Assembly (NCBI RefSeq): GCF_009914755.1
Contig: NC_060932.1
Reading direction: 5' to 3' (one strand)
Length of the DNA: 64,000 nt
Source of the DNA: the human T2T-CHM13v2.0 reference genome, Homo sapiens
Shown one piece after another: positions 1 to 27,108 of the stretch. The notes under the pieces are model-generated. The model ran no database searches. It saw nothing but the letters and a program-made list of their open reading frames with translations, and had not been told where the DNA came from. Positions within the stretch are counted from its first letter, which is position 1, and each line of letters starts with the position of its first letter. The position numbers were made by a program, and so were the translations under genes.

Positions 1-565
1 GTAAGACTCTGTCTCAAAAAAAAAAACAAAAAAACAGAAACAAAAAAAAACAAAAAACTCTCTGTCCTTATTTAGCTTTTACAACTTTTCCTCTTCAGTG
101 CCTTCTTAGTTTTTTTGTTTTTGTTTTTGTTTTTGTTTTTGTTTGAGACAGGGTCTTGCTGTGGCTCAGGCTGGAGTGCTGTGGCACTAGCTGGGCTCAC
201 TGCAACATCCACTCTCCAGCCTCAAGGGGTCCTCCCACCTCGGCCTCCTGAGTAGCTAGGACTGCAAGAGTGCTCAACCATGCCCAGCTAATTTTTTATT
301 TTTATTTTTTTGTAGACAAGGCCTTTCTATTTTGCCCAGGCTAAAAAAACCCAAAAACTTGTTTTATTGAATGTTACTAGACTCTTTGCTATGGCTACTT
401 TAAAATAAAAACTTGTAACACTTCTCTAAACTTGTTAATGCCAATATTCTCAGTTATCTCATCAGAATTCAAACAGTAAAACCTCTTGTAATTATTCATG
501 GAGCATAATAACATCACCCTTACTAAATGTGGTTTTTTTCTTTTTATTTTTCTTTTTTGAGATAG

Positions 566-697
<132 letters not shown>

Positions 698-1149
698 TAA
701 TTTTTGTATTTTTAGTAGAGACAGGATTTCACCATGTTGGCCAGGCTGGTCTCAAAGTCCTGGGCTCAAGCGATGCACCTACCTCGGCCTCCCATAGTGC
801 TGGGATTACAGGCGTGAGCCACCGTGCCAGCCACTAATTGTGTTTTATAGCCAGAAGAGAAAATTGGCATCACATCTACTTGGGATCATGGAAAAATGAT
901 TTATCTTCAATATAATCAGAATTCTGGAATTTCAAAGCTGAGAGGGACTTCTGAGGTCGTTTAGTTTAAACCTTCATACATCAGGTATCTGAGTCCCAGA
1001 GGTTAAATGATTTGCTGAAGGACCAACCTGAGAGAAGAACAGGAACTGGAACACATGTCTTTCAATACCAAATCTTGTGATCCAAAAACTCCATGTTGCA
1101 TGGTTGATTACAAATATATAACCATAACTTGAATGCTACTGCTATATTA

Positions 1150-4200
<3,051 letters not shown>

Positions 4201-4491
4201 ATGAGCCCTTGGAAGACTCCAAAATCTGAGTTAGGAGAAACATCTAGCTTTGAGTTGTGCAGATAATAAAACAAATTCTTGTTAAATTGAAACCATGATT
4301 TTAGCAAAACCAAGTTGAAGTTTACAGAAAAACATATGATTTACTAAGCATTGCCTCAACACAGAGCTTAACCTTCTTCCTCCTAGAGAATCAAATTCTT
4401 AACATGCTTTGAAATAATTCAAGTTCTGGGCTGGGAGCGGTGGCTCATGCCTGTAATTCCAAAACTTTGGGAGGCCGAGGCAGGTGTATCA

Positions 4492-5275
<784 letters not shown>

Positions 5276-7168
5276 GAGTACCAGATAAATAGATTGTGCT
5301 GTAATCATACAATGGAATCCTGGGTAATCACTGGAAAAGAATAGTTCTATAAACACAAAAATAAGATTTTTCCAAGATACATTAAGTGAAAAAAAGCAAG
5401 GTGCAGGATGTGTGTAGACAGTGCTATAATTTGAGTGTGATACACATTTACACAGGCTTCAGGGGCTATTTCTATAGTGGGCAGTTGCATTTCACTCAGA
5501 ATTGAGCTATGCCCCATGCTCAGCTCAGACTGAGCCTAGTCCACAAGACTAGGGCAGCTTTTGCCATCACTTCTTTTTTTTAGGAGTTACAAGAGTAACA
5601 TCTCAGCCCATCTCATTCCCTCTGAGAATCCAATGAGTTTTGGATCTTCTATGCAGTAAAATCAGTCATTTTTACCTATAACCTCAAAGTGAATTAACTG
5701 AAGTCCATCCACAATTTACAGAGATCCAAAGATCCTAAGTTACAAGCCTTTTGTCAAGCAAGAGCTCAAGGTGCAATACCATACAGAATACTAAGAAAGC
5801 AGCCAGGCACAGTGGCTCATGCGTGTAATTCCAGCACTTTGGGAGGCCGAGGTGGGCAGATCACCTGAGGTTAGGAGTTCAAGACCAGCCTGACCAACAT
5901 GGAGAAACCCCATGTCTACTAAAAATACAAAATTAGCCGGGCGTGGTGGTGCATGCCTGTAGACCTAGCTACTCAGGAAGCTGAGACAGTGAGAATCGCT
6001 TGAACCTGGGAGACGGATATTGAGGTGAGCCGAGATTGTGCCATTGCACTCCAGCCTGGGCAACAAGAGCAGAACTCTCAGAAAAAAAAAAAAAAAAAAA
6101 AGAATACTAAGAAAGCCTATGGCTGGGCCTGGATGGTCGTGAACACTCTCTTGAGTTGAGTGGCTGTGCAGCCCCAGATATGCCCTCAAAGCCTTGGAAG
6201 GGCAGCCTTGCCCTCAAAGCTGACCAGGGACCTACATGTGTTCTAGTCCACTCTACTCCTACTTGCTCTACTGCTCCATTCCATTTGAGAGCTAGGGTAA
6301 TCCGCTAGGCATTATGTCATTGCAGAAGATGGCCTTTAGAGGTTTTCCTGAAGTAAGAAAATAATAGCTAGATTAGCATATCTTTAAATGAATTCAAGGG
6401 CTTCTCCTAGTGCAGTGGCCCTTAAGGACATGACGGTCTTCAAGCACAGTGCAGCAATGAAAGTTCAGAGGATCTGCTAGCCTATACATGTGTAATTATT
6501 AGTATACTCTATTTAATAAAGGAGGGAAAAGTATAGCACATTTCAGAAGAGTTCCACTGGGAATTGATAAAAACAAAGCTTTGGAAATTATGGGATTAAA
6601 CTTTGATTGTCTGAAAAATAATTTTTCAGAATACAATATTCCCTAACTGAGGTGTTTATGTATTTAACTATTGACTATTCAGATGACTTACATTAAACTC
6701 ATGAGACCAAGTTTTTATAACTTGACCTATACAAATTACTATATGAATACATAGTAAATATTACAAAATACAGAGGAAACTTAGAAATTATAAAGAATGA
6801 AATTTTTTTTTAATCAAACAGATTTTATTCAACTTTTTAGATGAGGAAAACAAATGATACAAAATAAGTCATAAGAAATGCTTTCTTATACCACTATCTC
6901 AAACCACTTTCAATATTTTACAAAATGCTCACACAGCAAATATGAAAAGCTTCAACACTCTCCCTTTGTAACTTGCTGCAATAAATGCAACTTTAACAAA
7001 CATACAAATTTCTTCTGTATCTTAAAAGTTGAACTACTAATTTTTATGATGTTATTTTATTCATATACTTTTAATGACATCATTGCCAATACATACATTA
7101 TTTTCTTTAACTTTATTTTTACACTAAGTCAACATCTGTCATGCAGCCATCAAAAATCTTACAGTAAA

Positions 7169-8362
<1,194 letters not shown>

Positions 8363-8483
8363 TTAATTTGTCTTAGCAACTGCATCTGGCCTAGGGAAGC
8401 AAATGCTTACATTTTGTCTCTCTCAGCAGGCCCCCATCTCTCCTTAGACTTCAAGCTAGTTGGTTGCCTTAAGATCTCAGCTT

Positions 8484-9144
<661 letters not shown>

Positions 9145-9392
9145 TCAAGAAAAGTCACGAACTTGCATTTGGTTCAGGTGAAGGTGACTCCCTTTCTAGT
9201 TCTGTATATTGTGAGCAGAAACTAGAAGTCTCTATTACAGAAGTTTAAACAGAAAAGTTATATGATCCGATTTAAATATTTGAAAGATAATTTTAGCCTC
9301 CATTGAAAACACAGAATGAGCCTGGGGATGGGGGCAAGGGTGAAAGCAGGAAGACCAGCAAAGAAGCCATTGCAACAGCCCAGGCAGGAGGC

Positions 9393-10150
<758 letters not shown>

Positions 10151-10870
10151 TCCCAAAGTGATGGCATTACAGGCTTGAGCCACCGTGCCCAGCACCTTTT
10201 CCTTTTCTTTTTCTTCCCCTTCCCTTCCCTCCGTCAGCAACTCAGCCCCTGCATGTGACCATCCTTATAGGGCAGTAGGGAGCCACAGTGGCCCTGCTGC
10301 AGAGTGTCAGAGCCTGAGCTGGGCGAAGTGGGTGTCTGTGGAAGGGGCTCCCAGGTGCAGGGTGCTGGTGTCCCAATGGGTAAAAAGGGTGCCTATATGG
10401 GGGAAGGGGACATGGAATCAGCCCTGAGTGAGGGGCTGGAGCCTGAGTGGTGCTAGAAAGGGGTCCAAGTGGGGCAGTGCCTTGTCATCTCCTAAAGTGT
10501 CAAGGCCAGGAAAATCAAAGGCAGGCTGAAGAGCTGTTCTGAGCCAAATGAGACTAAAGAGACCTGTTATGTTAACTCAGCGTGATGCCTGATTCTCATC
10601 TGGATCCTTGCACTCTAAAGGCAAGTCGAAGACAATTGGTGAAATTGAATAAGGAGGACTAGGTATGATGTGTCATTGTAATATTCCTAATTTTTATGTT
10701 TGCATTAGGGTTGGGATGCAGAATGTATGTTTTTGTAAAAATACATGTTGAAGTGTTTAGGACAATGGAGCATCATGTTAGCAACTTATACAAAATGGCT
10801 GAGAAAAATGTTCTGTGTACTGTTCTTTCAGCTTTTATGTAAATTTGAGATTGTTTTGAAAGAAAAATAA

Positions 10871-11107
<237 letters not shown>

Positions 11108-13449
11108 TGAGTAGCTGGGATTACAGGCACCTGCCACCACGCCCAGCTAATTTTTGTATTTTTAGTAGAAGCAGGGTTTCACCATGTTGGCCAGGCTGGT
11201 CTCGAACCCCAACCTCAGGTGATCCACCCGCCTTGGCCTCCCAAAGTGCTTGGAATACAGGCGTGAGCCACCGCGCCTGGCCTCTTTCTTCAATTTTAGG
11301 AGACAAAATACTTTTTGCTCCTGTGAGTTTTCCTTTGTTTTCTTTAAAGCAAAGCTTAATGGGATTTTTCTTTGAAAAAGATTCAAGCTCACAGTGTGAC
11401 TCTTGGAGATGAAAACACTTGAGACTTGATTAATGTACAAAGTGATAAATCTTAAGTGAACAAATAATAAGAAATATATAATTTTAAAACATCTGACAAA
11501 TCACTTATAGGAAAACAATGCACAGTTCTTTAATTGCAGTTTTGTTAGATCTATGTCTTTTCATTTTTTAGATCTGTGTCTTATGCTAAATATTTTATTA
11601 TGGGCTTTTTGTTGAACTTATTTAAATAGGTAGAGTTCTCACTTTCCCCAGGCTTTGGCTGAAATATTGTGAGAATGCAATGATTAATAAATATAAAAGG
11701 AAACAGATGTTTGGAATTTATTTCATTGAGTATTTCTTTGCCAGATTGTTTCTCTTGCTTCTATTAGTTTGATGTATGGTGAATTCATTTCAGTGGCTAC
11801 CAAGGTGCCTGAGTGTCTTATCAGGGATACGCATAGTTATTCAAATAGAGAAAAATTTAGTTTTTATTAACCACCTACTTAACTGCAAAAGCAGTCACCC
11901 CAGGTTGATTTCTAAGCAGAAAGAAAAAATGTAAACTTCTTGTGTTCAGGGAATGCTGTACCAGATAGGAGCGAGACAAGAAATTCAAGGCATTGCATTT
12001 TCAGATACATTTTGTTTCTAAGTTCAAATTCATTGATTTTCTTCTTCTTTTTTTTTTTTTCTTTTTGAGACAGAGTTTTCTTCTTGTCACCCAGGCTGGA
12101 GTGCAGTGGTGCGATCTGGGCTCACTGCAACCTCCGGCCTGGGTTCAAGAGATTCTCCTGCCTCAGCCTCCCAAGTAGCTGGGATTATAGGCACGCACCA
12201 CCATGCCCACCTAATTATTGTATTTTTGCTAGAGATGGGGTTTCGCCACGTTGGCCAGGCTGGTCTCGAACTCCTGACCTCAGGTGATCTACCCGCCTTG
12301 GCCTCCCACAGTGCTGTGATTACAGGCGTGAGCCACTGTGCCTGGACTCATTCGTTTTCAAATACTTACATAGCTCCTACTCTCTGCCAAGCACCGTCCT
12401 AGCTAACATTAAAAATATTAGCTAATTTACTCTTCAAGCAATTCCATGAGGCATTATTTTATAGATGAGAAAACTAAGGTACAAGAGTGTAAGTAACATA
12501 GCCAAAGTATCAGCTGAGAAAGAGCAGAGTCAAATTTGAAATCCACATAGTCTGGCTCAGGAGCCTCTACCCTTAAGCATTGTGCTACCCTCCCTCTCTT
12601 CATAATGAGAAGGGTCCTTGAGGAGTTACCTACATAAAAGAGACACTTGAGAAACTTTAAGAATCAATTAAATCTCAGCTCAGAATTGCAGACTCAGTAA
12701 TGATATTTGCTTTCTGTCTGCCTGGAGACCTCACTGAAATTCTTGCAGAGGAAAACCAAGGAACAAAGAGAATGGATACGGACTTGTGATTTCAACAACT
12801 TTCTGGAATTCAAAAAGTGGTGGAAGGCCTGCTGAAGGATGAAACAGAATGAAGGAGGCCACACCCAAGAATATGGTCATATTGGGGTGTGGTGGTGGGA
12901 ACTGCTTTTCCTGGGTCTCTGGCAGCTCTAGGTGGGGATAAGTCTGGTACAGAATGTAGGATTTTGAAGGAGCCTGAAAAAGGGGCTTACATTAAGACTT
13001 AGCAGTGTGTTAATGAAATACCTATGCCAGGTAGCCTCTGCCACAAGCTCCAGCCTCACCAAGGATAAAGGAAGCTGTACCCATTTATAAGTTGAAAAAA
13101 CCCTGGGAAGAGCTAAGGTCTCAAGTGTGAGGATTGTTGCTCTTCGTTTTAGTATTTTCGTGGTGTCTGTTGTGAGGGATCCCCCATATGGCTTCCTACA
13201 GGTGTACCCAAAAGGGAAGTCCATGCAAATCCTTCAAATGTCAGAGGAGGACATTATAAGAGAAACTGGCATATCTATATAAGGACAGGGAAAATCCAAA
13301 CCTGTTCCTAGAAATAAAAATTTAATTTTAACGCTTAATTATAAATAAAAGAAATCCAAGATTCCCAGAAATATAAGGAAAACAGCAGCATTAGAGAGAA
13401 AAGCCAAATGAGACAACTGCCCCCTGAAGAATCAAAGCTAATCCTAAAA

Positions 13450-15688
<2,239 letters not shown>

Positions 15689-15793
15689 TATCTATATGCC
15701 TTTTTATATGGAAAGAAACTACTAGATTAAAAGAGATTTAAGAAACACGTCAACCTATTTGATCTTGATTCAAACAAGAAGTAAAAACACTCA

Positions 15794-16279
<486 letters not shown>

Positions 16280-16515
16280 TTAGCCGGGCATGGTGGCACA
16301 CGCCTGTGGTCCCAGCTACTCAGGAGGCTAAGGTGAGAGAATCACTTGGGCCTGGGAGGTCGAGGCTGCAATCAGCTGTGATCACACCACTGTACTCCAG
16401 CCCAGGAAACAGAGCGAGACCCCCATCTCATTTAGAAAAACAGAAAAAAAAAGAATTTAAGAATTGTTACTGTTAGTTGTTATAATGATATATAATTATG
16501 TTTTTAAAAGAGTCA

Positions 16516-16755
<240 letters not shown>

Positions 16756-17337
16756 TCATGCCATTGCAATCCAGCCTGGGCAACAAGAGTGAAACTCCAT
16801 CTCAAAAGAAAAAAAAAGAGTCATTAGAGTGATAATAGCAAGGTGGCAGAATAGGAAGCCCCAGTCCCGTTTTCCCACGGAGACACCAACTTAACAACAA
16901 TATGCGGACCAAACTGCCTTTGTGAGAGCTCCAGAAACCAAAGAGGTCGCAGCACTCAGGTGCGTACAAAGCCAAGACTAACTACATCAAAGTGGGTAAG
17001 AAAATGTCTTACATTTTGCCAACCCTAACCCCTCTGCGTTCCCAATGCAACATGGAGTGGAAGAAAACTCACAACTCCCAGCTTCTCCCTGCCAAGGGAA
17101 AAAGAAGAGTGAAACATGAGCCCAACATCCTGGCTTTCTGGGGGCCGTCCAACAGACTACTTTCTGCCTTGCTTGACTCAGTGAACTCAGAGCAGAAGAC
17201 GCATAGTTTGGATGATAGGTTGGGGACCACTGAAAAAGATAAGTGTCACATGAGTTGCTACAGGAAAGCTGCAGTACTGAAGACAGACACCAGAGGGAGT
17301 AAGAGATCATGAACTCCTGAGAAAACAGGGGCAAGCC

Positions 17338-17350
17338 TTTTAACTAGAAC

Positions 17351-17387
<37 letters not shown>

Positions 17388-17420
17388 GCTTTTTAACTAG
17401 AACATTACACACACACACCC
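17338..17420 (+). repeat. (CA)n microsatellite within a duplicated ttttaactagaacatta(ca)n unit
   Basis: The unit occurs twice in tandem. Confidence 0.9.
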
Positions 17421-17974
17421 ACAAACCCGTGCCAGGAGCAGTAGCTCATGCCTATAATGCTAACACTTTGGCAGGCCAAGGCAGAAGGATGGCTTGAGCT
17501 CAGGAGTTTTGAAACCCGCCTGGGCAACATAGTGAGAACTTGTCTCTACAAATAAAAAATAAATAAAAGAAAATTACACACACAGGCCCAGAGAAAATGG
17601 ATCCCTGGCCGGGCGTGGTGGCACGTTCCTGTAGTCAAAAATTAGCCGGGTGCAGTGGCGCATGCCTGTAGTCCCAGCTACTCAGGGGTGCTGAGGCAGA
17701 AGAATCGCTTGAACCTGGGAGGCAGAGGCTGCAATGAGCCGAGATCATGCCGCTGCACTCTAGCCTGGGCAACAGAGCGAGACTCCATCTCAAAAAAAAA
17801 AAAAAAAAAAAAGAAAGAAAGAAAGGAAATGCATCCCCAAGAAAGGTTTGAGAAGTCGCCCACCATCTATGTCAGGCTTCTTGTGAAGATCTCCTATATG
17901 AAGCCAGTCCATATGGACTGGAAGAGACAATCCCAACAAGATGTCACAAGACATACAAAAGAGGGAAACATGGC

Positions 17975-18389
17975 TCATACGGTTCGGATGTTTGTCCCCT
18001 CCAAATCTCATGTTGAAATGTGATTACCAATGTTGGAGGTGGGGCCTGATAGGAGGTGACTGAATCATGGCAGTGGATCCCTCATGGATGGTTTAGCACT
18101 ATCCCCTTGGTTATAAGTGATTTCTCACTCTGAATTCACACAACATCTAGTTGTTTAAAAGTATGTGGCTCCTCTCCCCTTGTTCTCTTGCTCCCACTTT
18201 TGCCATGTGATGTGGCTGCTCCCACTTTGCCTTCCGCCATGATTAAGTTTCCTGAGGCCCTCACCAGAAGCAGATGCTGGAGCCATGCTGGTATAGCCTG
18301 CAGAACCATGAGCCAATTAAACTTCTTTGCTTTATAAATTACCCATCCCCAGGTGTTTCTTTACAGCAACACAGAAACAGACCAACACA
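17975..18389 (+). mobile_element. MST-type MaLR solo LTR inserted in the L1
   Basis: gtttgtcccctccaaatctcatgttgaaatg head and a 5-bp TSD atggc (17970-17974, 18390-18394). Confidence 0.85.
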
Positions 18390-18960
18390 ATGGCCCAATC
18401 AAATGAACAAAATAAATCTTCAGCAACCAACTCTAAAGAAGTAGAGAACTATGAATTAACTGATAAACAATTAAAAATAATCATTATAGAGAAGCTCAAT
18501 TAGCTAAAAGAGAACACAAATAGACAACTAAACAAAGTCAGAAAGACAATGCATGAATAAAATGAGAATATCAATAAAGAAATTAAAACTATTAAAAAGA
18601 AAAACACACATTCTGGAGTGGAAAAATAGCTGAACTGAAAAATTCACCAGAGGACAAATATGTAACAAAGTAGAGTTTTCGTAAGTGATTAAAGTTAAGT
18701 TGTATCAGTTTAAAATAGATTATTATAACTTTAAGATGTTTTATATAATCCCCATAGTAACTACAAAGAAAATACTTACAGAAGATACACACAAGGAAAA
18801 GAGGAGGGAATCAAAGCATGTCACTACAAAAATTAATGAGGCCGGGCAAGATGGCTCACACCTATAATCCCAGCACTTTGGGGGACCAAGGTGGGCAGAT
18901 CACCTGAGGTCAGGAGGTGGAGACCAGCCCAGCTAACATGGTGAAACCCCATCTCTACTA

Positions 18961-19148
<188 letters not shown>

Positions 19149-20027
19149 CTAATGAAACATAAAGGAAGGCAGTACAAGAGGAAGAGAGAAAAAATAGTTA
19201 CAAGATACACAGAAAACAACAAAATGGCAATAGTAAGTCATTCATTATCAGTAATTAATTTAAATATAAATGAATTAAACTCCCCAATCAAAAGACACAG
19301 ATTGGTTGAATGAATTAAAAAAAAAAAAACAAGATCCAACTGTATGCTTTCTATAAGAGATTCACTTTAGATCTAGGATGCACATAGGCTGAAAGTGAAA
19401 AAATGGAAAAAGTTATTCCATGCAAATGGTAACCAAAAGAGAGCAGAGGTGGCCATTCTACTGTCAGACGAAGTAGACTAAGTCAACCAGACAGAAGATC
19501 AATAAGGAAACAAGACTTGAACATTATAGACCAATTAGACCTGATAGACATATAGAGAACACGCCATCCAACAACAGCAGAATACACATTCTTCTCAAGT
19601 GCAGAGATCATTCTCCAGAATAAATCACAGGTTAGGCCACAGAACAAGTCTTAACAAATTTAAGAAGACTGAAATCATACAAAGTAATCGTTTCCAACCA
19701 CGATAGAATGAAACTAGAAATCAGTAGCAGAAGGAAAACGGAAAATCCACACACATGTGGCAATTAAAGAGCAAACTATTAAACAACCAATGAGTCAAAG
19801 AAGAAACCACAAGAGGCCGGGCACAGTGGCTCACGCCTGTAATCCCAGGACTTTGGGAGGCCGAGGCCTGTGGATGACCTGAAATCAGGAGTTCGAGACC
19901 AGCCTTGCCAACATGGTGAAACCCCATTTCTAAGCCAGGCACGGTGGCTCACGCCTGTGATCCCAGCACTTTGGAGGCTGAGGCAGGCAGATCACTTGAG
20001 GTCAGGAGTTCGAGGCCAGCCCAGCTA

Positions 20028-20330
<303 letters not shown>

Positions 20331-20492
20331 TTATGGAATGCGGTGAAAGCATTACCAAGAAGGAAGATTATAGCTGTAAATGCTTACATTAAAAAAGAAG
20401 AAATAGGCCAGGTGTGATGCCTCATGCCTGTACTCCCAGATCTTTGGGAGGCTGAGGTAGGAGGATTGATTAAAACCAGGAGTTCAAGACTA

Positions 20493-20916
<424 letters not shown>

Positions 20917-23211
20917 TGAGAAGCTGGGACTACAGGCGTCCGCCACCACGCCCGGCTAATTTTTTTGTATTTTTAGTAGAGATGGGGTTTCACCGTGTGT
21001 TAGCCAGGATGGTCTCAATTTCCTGACCTCATGATCCGCCCACCTCGGCCTCCCAAAGTGCTGGAATTACAGGCGTGAGCCACTGCGCCCTGCAAGAAAC
21101 CCTTTTAAACCTCAAGAAAAAGGAGAAAAAATGAAACCCGAAGTTAGCAAAAAAAAGGAGGAAAATAACTAAGATTAGAACAGAGATATAAATGGAATTT
21201 AAAAATGAAACTAAGAGTTGGTTTTTTGAAAAGGTCAAAAAATTGGCAAACTCTGAGCTAGATTAACCAAGAAAAAAGAGAGAAGATAACTAAAATTAGA
21301 AATGCCATATGGGACATTATAAATGATGCTACAGAAATTAAAAGGATTAACAAGAATACAATGAACAATTATACACCAGCAAATTGGGTAATCTAGAAGA
21401 AATGGATAAATTCCTAGAAATATACAGCATACCAGAACTAATTCATGAAGAAATAAAAAACCCAAACAGACCTATGACTAGTAAGGATTTAATCAGCAAC
21501 CAAAATACCTCCCAACAAAGAAAACCCCAGGACCACAGGACTTCACAGGTGAATTCTACAAAACATTTTAAGAAGAATTAAGATTTAAAAAAATTCAATA
21601 AACTAGGATAGAAGGAAATTACCTCAATGTAATACAAGCTATATATGAAAAGCTTACAGCTAATATTACACTCAATAGTAAACAATTGAAAGCTGTTCCT
21701 CTAAGATGAGGAACAAGGCAAGGATGGCTCACTCTTGCAACTTCTATTTAACATAGCAGTGGAAGTCCTAGAGCAATTACACAAGAAAGAGAAATAAAAT
21801 ACATCCAAACTGAAAGGAAAGAAGTATTTATTCACAGATGACATGGTATTATATCACAAAAGATTGAAAACTAATGAACAAATTCAGCAAAATTGCAGCA
21901 CACAAAATTAATACAAATATCAGATGCATTTCTATACACTAACAGTAAATAATCTGGCAAGTAAACTAAGAAAACAATCCTATTTTCTTGTCTTTTTTTG
22001 TTTTTGTTTTTGAGATGGAGTCTTACTCTGTCGCCCAGACTGGAGTGCAATGGCATGATCTCGGCTCACTGCAATCTCTGCCTTTAGGGTTCAAGCAATT
22101 CCCTGCCTCAGCCTCGTGAATAGCTGGGATTGCAGGCGCCTGCCACCGTGCCCGTCTAATTTTTTTGTATTTTTTAGTAGAGACGGGGTTTCACCATCTT
22201 GGCCAGGTTGGTATTGAACTCCTGACCTCTTGATCCACTCACCTCGGACTCCCAAAGTGCTGGGATCACAGGGCGTGAGCCACCGCTCCTGGCAACAATC
22301 CAATTTTCAATAGCACCAAAAAGAGTAAAATGCATAGGAATAAACTTAACCAAGGAGGTGAAAGACTTATACACTGAAAACCACAAAATATTGCTAAAAG
22401 AAATAAAAGAAGATTCAAATAAATGTAAAGACATCCTATGTTTATGGATTAGAATACTGAATATTGTTAAGATGTCAATACTACCCAAAGAGGTCTATCT
22501 ACAGATTCAACACAATACCTATCAAAATACCAATGGCATTTTTGCAGAAATAGAAAAATGTATCTGTAAATTCATGTGGACTCTCAAGGGATAACAAATA
22601 GCCAAAACAGTTTTGAAAAAGAATAGGATTGGAGGACTCACACTTCTGATTTCAAAACATATTATAAAGTCACAATAATTAAAGCTCTGGTAGGTAGCAT
22701 GAGCATAACAACAAACAGGCCAATGGAATAAGATAGAGAGTCCAGGAATAAATTATTGTGTATGTGGTAAAATTGTCTTTAGCAGGGGTTCCAAGTCCAC
22801 TGAATGGAGAAAGAACAGTCTCTTCAACAAATAGTGTTGGGAAAACTGGATATCTACAGGCAAAAGCCATAAAGTGGAACCCTTACATGATACACAAAAA
22901 TTATGCTTACCTTACACAATATACAAAAATAAACTCAAAATGGATTAAAAACTGAACTGTAAGACCTAAAACTATCAAACTTCTAGAAGAAAACATAGAG
23001 GAAAGGCTTTATGACATGGGATTTGGCAATGATTTGTTAGATATGATGCCAAAAACATAGGCAATGAAATCAAAGATTTCAAAGTTTGATGTGATTACAT
23101 TACATCACACTTTAAAGCTTTTGTCCATGAAAGTACATAGCTGAGAGAGTGAAAAGGCAACCTACAAAATGAACGAAAATACTTGCAAATCATCTACCTA
23201 ATAAGGGGTTA

Positions 23212-23566
<355 letters not shown>

Positions 23567-23712
23567 TCAAAAAAAAGGAAAAAAAAAAAAAGAGCAAAGG
23601 ACTTGAATAGGCAGTTCTATAAAGAAGGTATAGAAATGACCAATAAGCTGGCCAAAAGCGGTGGCTCACGCCTTTAATCCTAGCACTTTGGGAGGCCAAG
23701 GTAGGCAGATCA

Positions 23713-24051
<339 letters not shown>

Positions 24052-24254
24052 TCACTTCACACCCATTAGGATGGTTACCATAAAAAAAAAATGAAGTGTT
24101 GGTGAGGATTTGGAGAAACTGGATCCCCTGATGGGAATGCAAAATGGTGCAACAGTATCGAGATTCCTTAAACAATTTAAAATAGAAATACCATATGATC
24201 CAGCAATCTCACTTGGTATATATCCAAAATAATTCAAGGCAAAATCTCAAAGAC

Positions 24255-25531
<1,277 letters not shown>

Positions 25532-25809
25532 CTAAAAAAAAAAAAAAAAAAAAAAAATTAAGAGAAGTTATGAAAAAAAGGTAAGACACACACAAGACCT
25601 TCAGAAGGTCATGCAATCAATAGGAGTCCCAGAAAGAAAAGAGACAAATGGAGGGTAGGGCTAAAATAATGAGCGATTTTTTTTGTATACCAGATATATG
25701 ATATTGTACTGACTCCTGGGAGGAATACAAATGTGCACAGTTGCTTGAAAGCATCAATTTGACAGTGTTTCTTAAAATTAAAAATTTCCATATTCTCTTG
25801 GTGAAAATA

Positions 25810-25845
<36 letters not shown>

Positions 25846-26233
25846 AGACAGAGTCTCAGTCTGTCGCCCAGGCTGGAAACCCTTGCCTCCCGGGTTCAAG
25901 TAATTCTCATGCCTCAGCCTCCCAAGTGGCTGGGACCACAGGCACGCACTGCCACGCCCAGCTAATTTTGCATTTTTAGCAGAGACAGGGTTTCACCATG
26001 TTGGTCAGGCTGGTCTCGAACTCCTGACCTCAGATGATCCATGGGGTGAGTTCTTTTTAAGTTAATGAAGAAGGATATGCACAATATGTAAGGCAAAAAT
26101 AAGTAAATAAATAGCAGTTTACAGAACAAAAGGTATAGAAGGATCTGGTTCTCTAAGAGTTCAATTTCTATGAAAGTGAAATATGCTATTATTCCTAGGT
26201 TAAAGGAAATAAGGATTGATTTTGCGCCTCTGA

Positions 26234-26599
<366 letters not shown>

Positions 26600-26737
26600 T
26601 AGTTCCTCTTACTTTCAAAAGATAAAATTTCATTTGCATCCACTGAAGTACAATTAAACAAAAAAGAATACACTTCAGCTTTGGCTGTTTCTCCACTTAT
26701 ACCTGCTTGGTCACTTTTTTGGCGGAGGAGAATGCAG

Positions 26738-26833
26738 TTAAAAAGGACATGTCCCCGGGGATTCGAATACACTTCTCAAAGTGTACTGCTGGCCCTCTGT
26801 ATCCATGGGTTCTGCATCTGTAGATTCGATCAA
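26738..26833 (-). CDS. RPS20: RPS20 alternative C-terminal coding exon (142-aa isoform): [31 protein letters not shown]; exon runs 26833-26703
   Basis: An internal exon-4 donor GAG|GTGGAA (30119/30118, phase 0 after codon 111) joins acceptor ctacag|TTG at 26833, adding 31 aa before TAA. A donor CAG|gtataa follows at 26703/26702. This matches my recollection of the long human RPS20 isoform. Confidence 0.85.
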   Translation of the reverse strand: MIESTDAEPMDTEGQQYTLRSVFESPGTCPF

Positions 26834-27108
26834 CTGTAGATCAAAAGTATTCAGAAAAAAAATTGTCTCTACTGCACATGTATAGACATTCTTTTTCTTG
26901 TCATTATTCCCTGAATACAGCATAACTACTTACATACCATTTACATTGTATTAGGTATTACAAGTAATCTAGAGATGACAAATTATACAGGATGCCATAG
27001 ATTATATGCAAATACTATGCCATTTTATATCAGGGACTTGAACTTCCTCAATTTTGGTATTCAAGAGAGGTACTGAACTGATCCCCCACAGATACTTAGG
27101 AAACACTG
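26786..27108 (+). mobile_element. MER2 (TcMar-Tigger) DNA transposon
   Basis: TA-flanked, with termini ctgctggccctctgtatccatggg...cccccacagatacttaggaaacactg and an internal match to the MER2 consensus (gtcattattccct, aagtaatctagagatg). Confidence 0.85.
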
